A DNA stretch of 36,602 nucleotides, taken from a virus. Taxonomy: Duplodnaviria; Caudoviricetes. A model generated the notes under the pieces. That model was not told where the DNA came from, did not search any database, and saw nothing but the letters and a program-made list of their open reading frames with translations. Below, piece by piece: positions 34,873 to 36,602 of this stretch. The position numbers and the translations under genes are program-made. The first letter of the stretch is position 1; each line of letters starts with the position of its first letter. The stretch lies in the IMG/VR virus record IMGVR_UViG_3300043443_000129, positions 1-36,602 of that record. One strand, given 5' to 3'.

Positions 34873-35195
34873 TAGATTCCACGTGTATACTTCTGCGACT
34901 TGGGTGGCATCTTCTTGTCTGCGCTTGGGCCGCCCCAGAACGCTTTGTCTGCCCAATATGCAGCACTCATCTTGCCTTTGGCAATGTTCTTGGCGTGGCG
35001 AGCCTTGAAGCTTTTACGAGCCTCAGGACTGTAATTATGGCCCATCTTCTGGTCTCCAAAACGAATCAAACGTACCTTATCACCAACCTTAGCTAGCACA
35101 ATGCCTTTCTTAGTTGGGTGCGACGGAGTTTTCTTTGGCTTGTTGACGCCAGACAACCCGTGCTTCTTTAGCATATTTTTGATTCTGTCTTCCAT
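34872..35195 (-). CDS. basic conserved phage protein (RKSFKARH motif, DUF6321-like)
   Basis: NKPKKTPSHPTK...LIRFG...ARKSFKARHAKNIAKGKMSAAYWA. Confidence 0.75.
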   Translation of the reverse strand: MEDRIKNMLKKHGLSGVNKPKKTPSHPTKKGIVLAKVGDKVRLIRFGDQKMGHNYSPEARKSFKARHAKNIAKGKMSAAYWADKAFWGGPSADKKMPPKSQKYTRGI

Positions 35196-35196
35196 A

Positions 35197-35562
35197 CTAC
35201 AAAGTTAAGTATCCCATCAATACACTAAATCCAACAAAAAAAGACCCTACGAAGATGTCCGTTTGCGTGGCTTTTTTGTAGATTGGCTTGGCTCGGAGGC
35301 TTCGATTGAGTTCATCAATGATTGAATCTTGGAAAACCATTGTTTGGCGAGCTTGAAGTAACTGAAAATACTTGAGTTTGTAGGCTTCATCGTATGCTTT
35401 AATTGTTGAATCCATAGAAAGAAAGCGATTATTTATCGCAATCGCCTGGGCCTTAGTCATTACGACTACGGTGTCTTTATTTTCTACTCGTTGAATCGGG
35501 TACGATTGCGAGTACGTCAAAAGGCTGTGCAGGAGCAACAGACTTAACAGCAACGATTTCAT
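35197..35562 (-). CDS. secreted coiled-coil protein with C-terminal TM, spanin-like candidate
   Basis: Signal peptide MKSLLLSLLLLHSLLTYSQ (no Cys), coiled coil, C-terminal hydrophobic IFVGSFFVGFSVLMGYL. Confidence 0.55.
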   Translation of the reverse strand: MKSLLLSLLLLHSLLTYSQSYPIQRVENKDTVVVMTKAQAIAINNRFLSMDSTIKAYDEAYKLKYFQLLQARQTMVFQDSIIDELNRSLRAKPIYKKATQTDIFVGSFFVGFSVLMGYLTL

Positions 35563-35821
35563 TCTCCATCACCTTTACTTGTTGAACCAGATGCTGTTTC
35601 TCCTCTTCCAAGACCTCAATGGTCTGCTTCATATCGTGGAATTTAGTCTTGACAGCTTTATTTACCTCCTCGGAGCGTTGGCCAAGAATCTCCATTTGCT
35701 CTACTCCTTTAGCGATTAACTCTTGAGTGTCATCATATACAGGAACTTGTTTGCTGTTGGGCACATTGGCGATTGCAAATCCAGCTATGAAGCTTGCGAG
35801 GATGAGCATATTAGTTTTCAT
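35477..35821 (-). CDS. membrane-anchored coiled-coil protein, i-spanin-like candidate
   Basis: N-terminal hydrophobic MLILASFIAGFAIA and a long heptad region; overlaps the downstream gene by 86 nt. Confidence 0.55.
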   Translation of the reverse strand: MKTNMLILASFIAGFAIANVPNSKQVPVYDDTQELIAKGVEQMEILGQRSEEVNKAVKTKFHDMKQTIEVLEEEKQHLVQQVKVMENEIVAVKSVAPAQPFDVLAIVPDSTSRK

Positions 35822-36069
35822 TTGGCCATATCTTTAAGGTTCAACATAGCACTAGCGTAGGCAAGAGCACTGTCTCTTTTGCGTAGGTGGGTAGACAACA
35901 GCTCTTTGTCTGATTCTAACTTCTCTACGCGAACATTACACTGTTCTAATGAGCTGTTCTTGTCGCTGCTTGAGCTTAGATAAAGATAAGCTAAAGCACT
36001 AATACATAAGAACATCAACCCGACGATGGGGTTCTTTACAAACTGCTCGTAGGATACGGGTAGTTTCAT
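35818..36069 (-). CDS. single-TM holin/antiholin-like protein
   Basis: FVKNPIVGLMFLCISALAYLY TM segment followed by a coiled coil; lysis-cluster context. Confidence 0.55.
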   Translation of the reverse strand: MKLPVSYEQFVKNPIVGLMFLCISALAYLYLSSSSDKNSSLEQCNVRVEKLESDKELLSTHLRKRDSALAYASAMLNLKDMAK

Positions 36070-36317
36070 TTTTTAGCAAACTTTTCCAGACCAGCAATAC
36101 CAAACGAGCCAAGGGTAATAATCACAAACGAGTTGTATGTGAACTCATTTATCACAAGGTCCTTACCCATAAAGCCAGACACTACGTCGGCTACCATTAC
36201 CATTACCATTACAGCGAACGACATAAAACCAATAATGGTCTTTTCGTTCCAAGAGTTGTCGTCCTTAAAGATGGCAGCAAAGCCCATAATCTTATTCTTT
36301 ATGTAGGTGAGTATCAT
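36066..36317 (-). CDS. putative holin (2 TM)
   Basis: Two hydrophobic helices (TIIGFMSFAVMVMVMVA; SFVIITLGSFGIAGL) and a basic C-terminus; two possible Met starts. Confidence 0.65.
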   Translation of the reverse strand: MILTYIKNKIMGFAAIFKDDNSWNEKTIIGFMSFAVMVMVMVADVVSGFMGKDLVINEFTYNSFVIITLGSFGIAGLEKFAKK

Positions 36318-36349
36318 AGTCTGATAAAGTAAATGGGTTTGAACTGGGA

Positions 36350-36387
36350 CAAAAATAAAGCAAAAAGAAAAGCCCCTTGCGGGGCTT
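36350..36387 (-). terminator. GCAA-tetraloop terminator followed by -7 box TATTTTTG (36350-36357)
   Basis: On the - strand: AAGCCCC-GCAA-GGGGCTT-TTCTTTTT. Confidence 0.8.
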
Positions 36388-36412
36388 GACTTTAGGTAAG
36401 GCTCTGCTTTAC

Positions 36413-36602
36413 TTACTCTACAACCTCTGCTTCTGGAGCAGGAGCTGGGGTGAACTCTCCGGTCTCGAGGTCAACTGACCCGTCGCCGTGAGCCGCTTGG
36501 ATGGCATCAGTAGCCTCCTTGCCTTTTGCTTGCTGCTCTTCGTACGCCTTAAGAAGGGCGTCCTTGCGCAGCTCAGCAAGAGCGATTGCACCTAGTTCCA
36601 TT
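36413..36602 (-). CDS. hypothetical coiled-coil protein, partial (5' end outside window)
   Basis: ...ELGAIA...HGDGSVDLETGEF; the frame is open to the window edge. Confidence 0.65.
   Translation of the reverse strand, partial: MELGAIALAELRKDALLKAYEEQQAKGKEATDAIQAAHGDGSVDLETGEFTPAPAPEAEVVE

Noticed and set aside
34873-34956. N-terminal extension of the DUF5872-like ORF given by the track
   Set aside because: It overlaps the upstream gene; the TAATG coupling at 34872 is the more plausible start.
1-36602. Stop-codon reassignment as seen in some Crassvirales
   Set aside because: Long genes are uninterrupted in code 11; TAG and TGA end genes at expected positions; the only tRNA is Arg(UCU), not a suppressor.

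Overview
The window is a fragment of a tailed dsDNA phage genome, most likely a podovirus infecting Bacteroidota (Flavobacteriia-like), with a crAss-like (Crassvirales-type) virion module. Two arms converge at ~12.03 kb. The + arm (1-12029) carries small early/middle genes, a membrane-anchored GH73 glucosaminidase, DUF3310, ERF recombinase plus a RecE-like exonuclease, a repeat-delimited array of small genes, MazG, SSB, tRNA-Arg(UCU), a DnaA-domain-IV-like HTH protein, an AEP primase-SF4 helicase, a RusA-like resolvase and two glycosyltransferases. The - arm (36602-12026) carries holin/spanin-like genes, small basic proteins, scaffold, major capsid protein, ring/tail tubular proteins, a 1629-aa tail stabilisation protein, two ejection proteins, a 3197-aa polyvalent protein (zincin + LPD38), a unimolecular-spanin-like lipoprotein and a 45-aa basic protein. 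Bacteroidota TAnnTTTG promoter boxes occur on both arms, the genetic code looks standard, and no polymerase, terminase or portal is recognisable. Top observations: (1) a 46-aa basic gene nested in the +1 frame of the giant gene; (2) four 21-bp junction repeats that supply stop and start codons to an array of small genes; (3) an intact and a degenerate zincin in tandem, with QFSxR linkers, in the giant protein; (4) twin promoters with DnaA-box-like repeats upstream of ERF and SSB. All family assignments are motif recognition by eye, not database hits.
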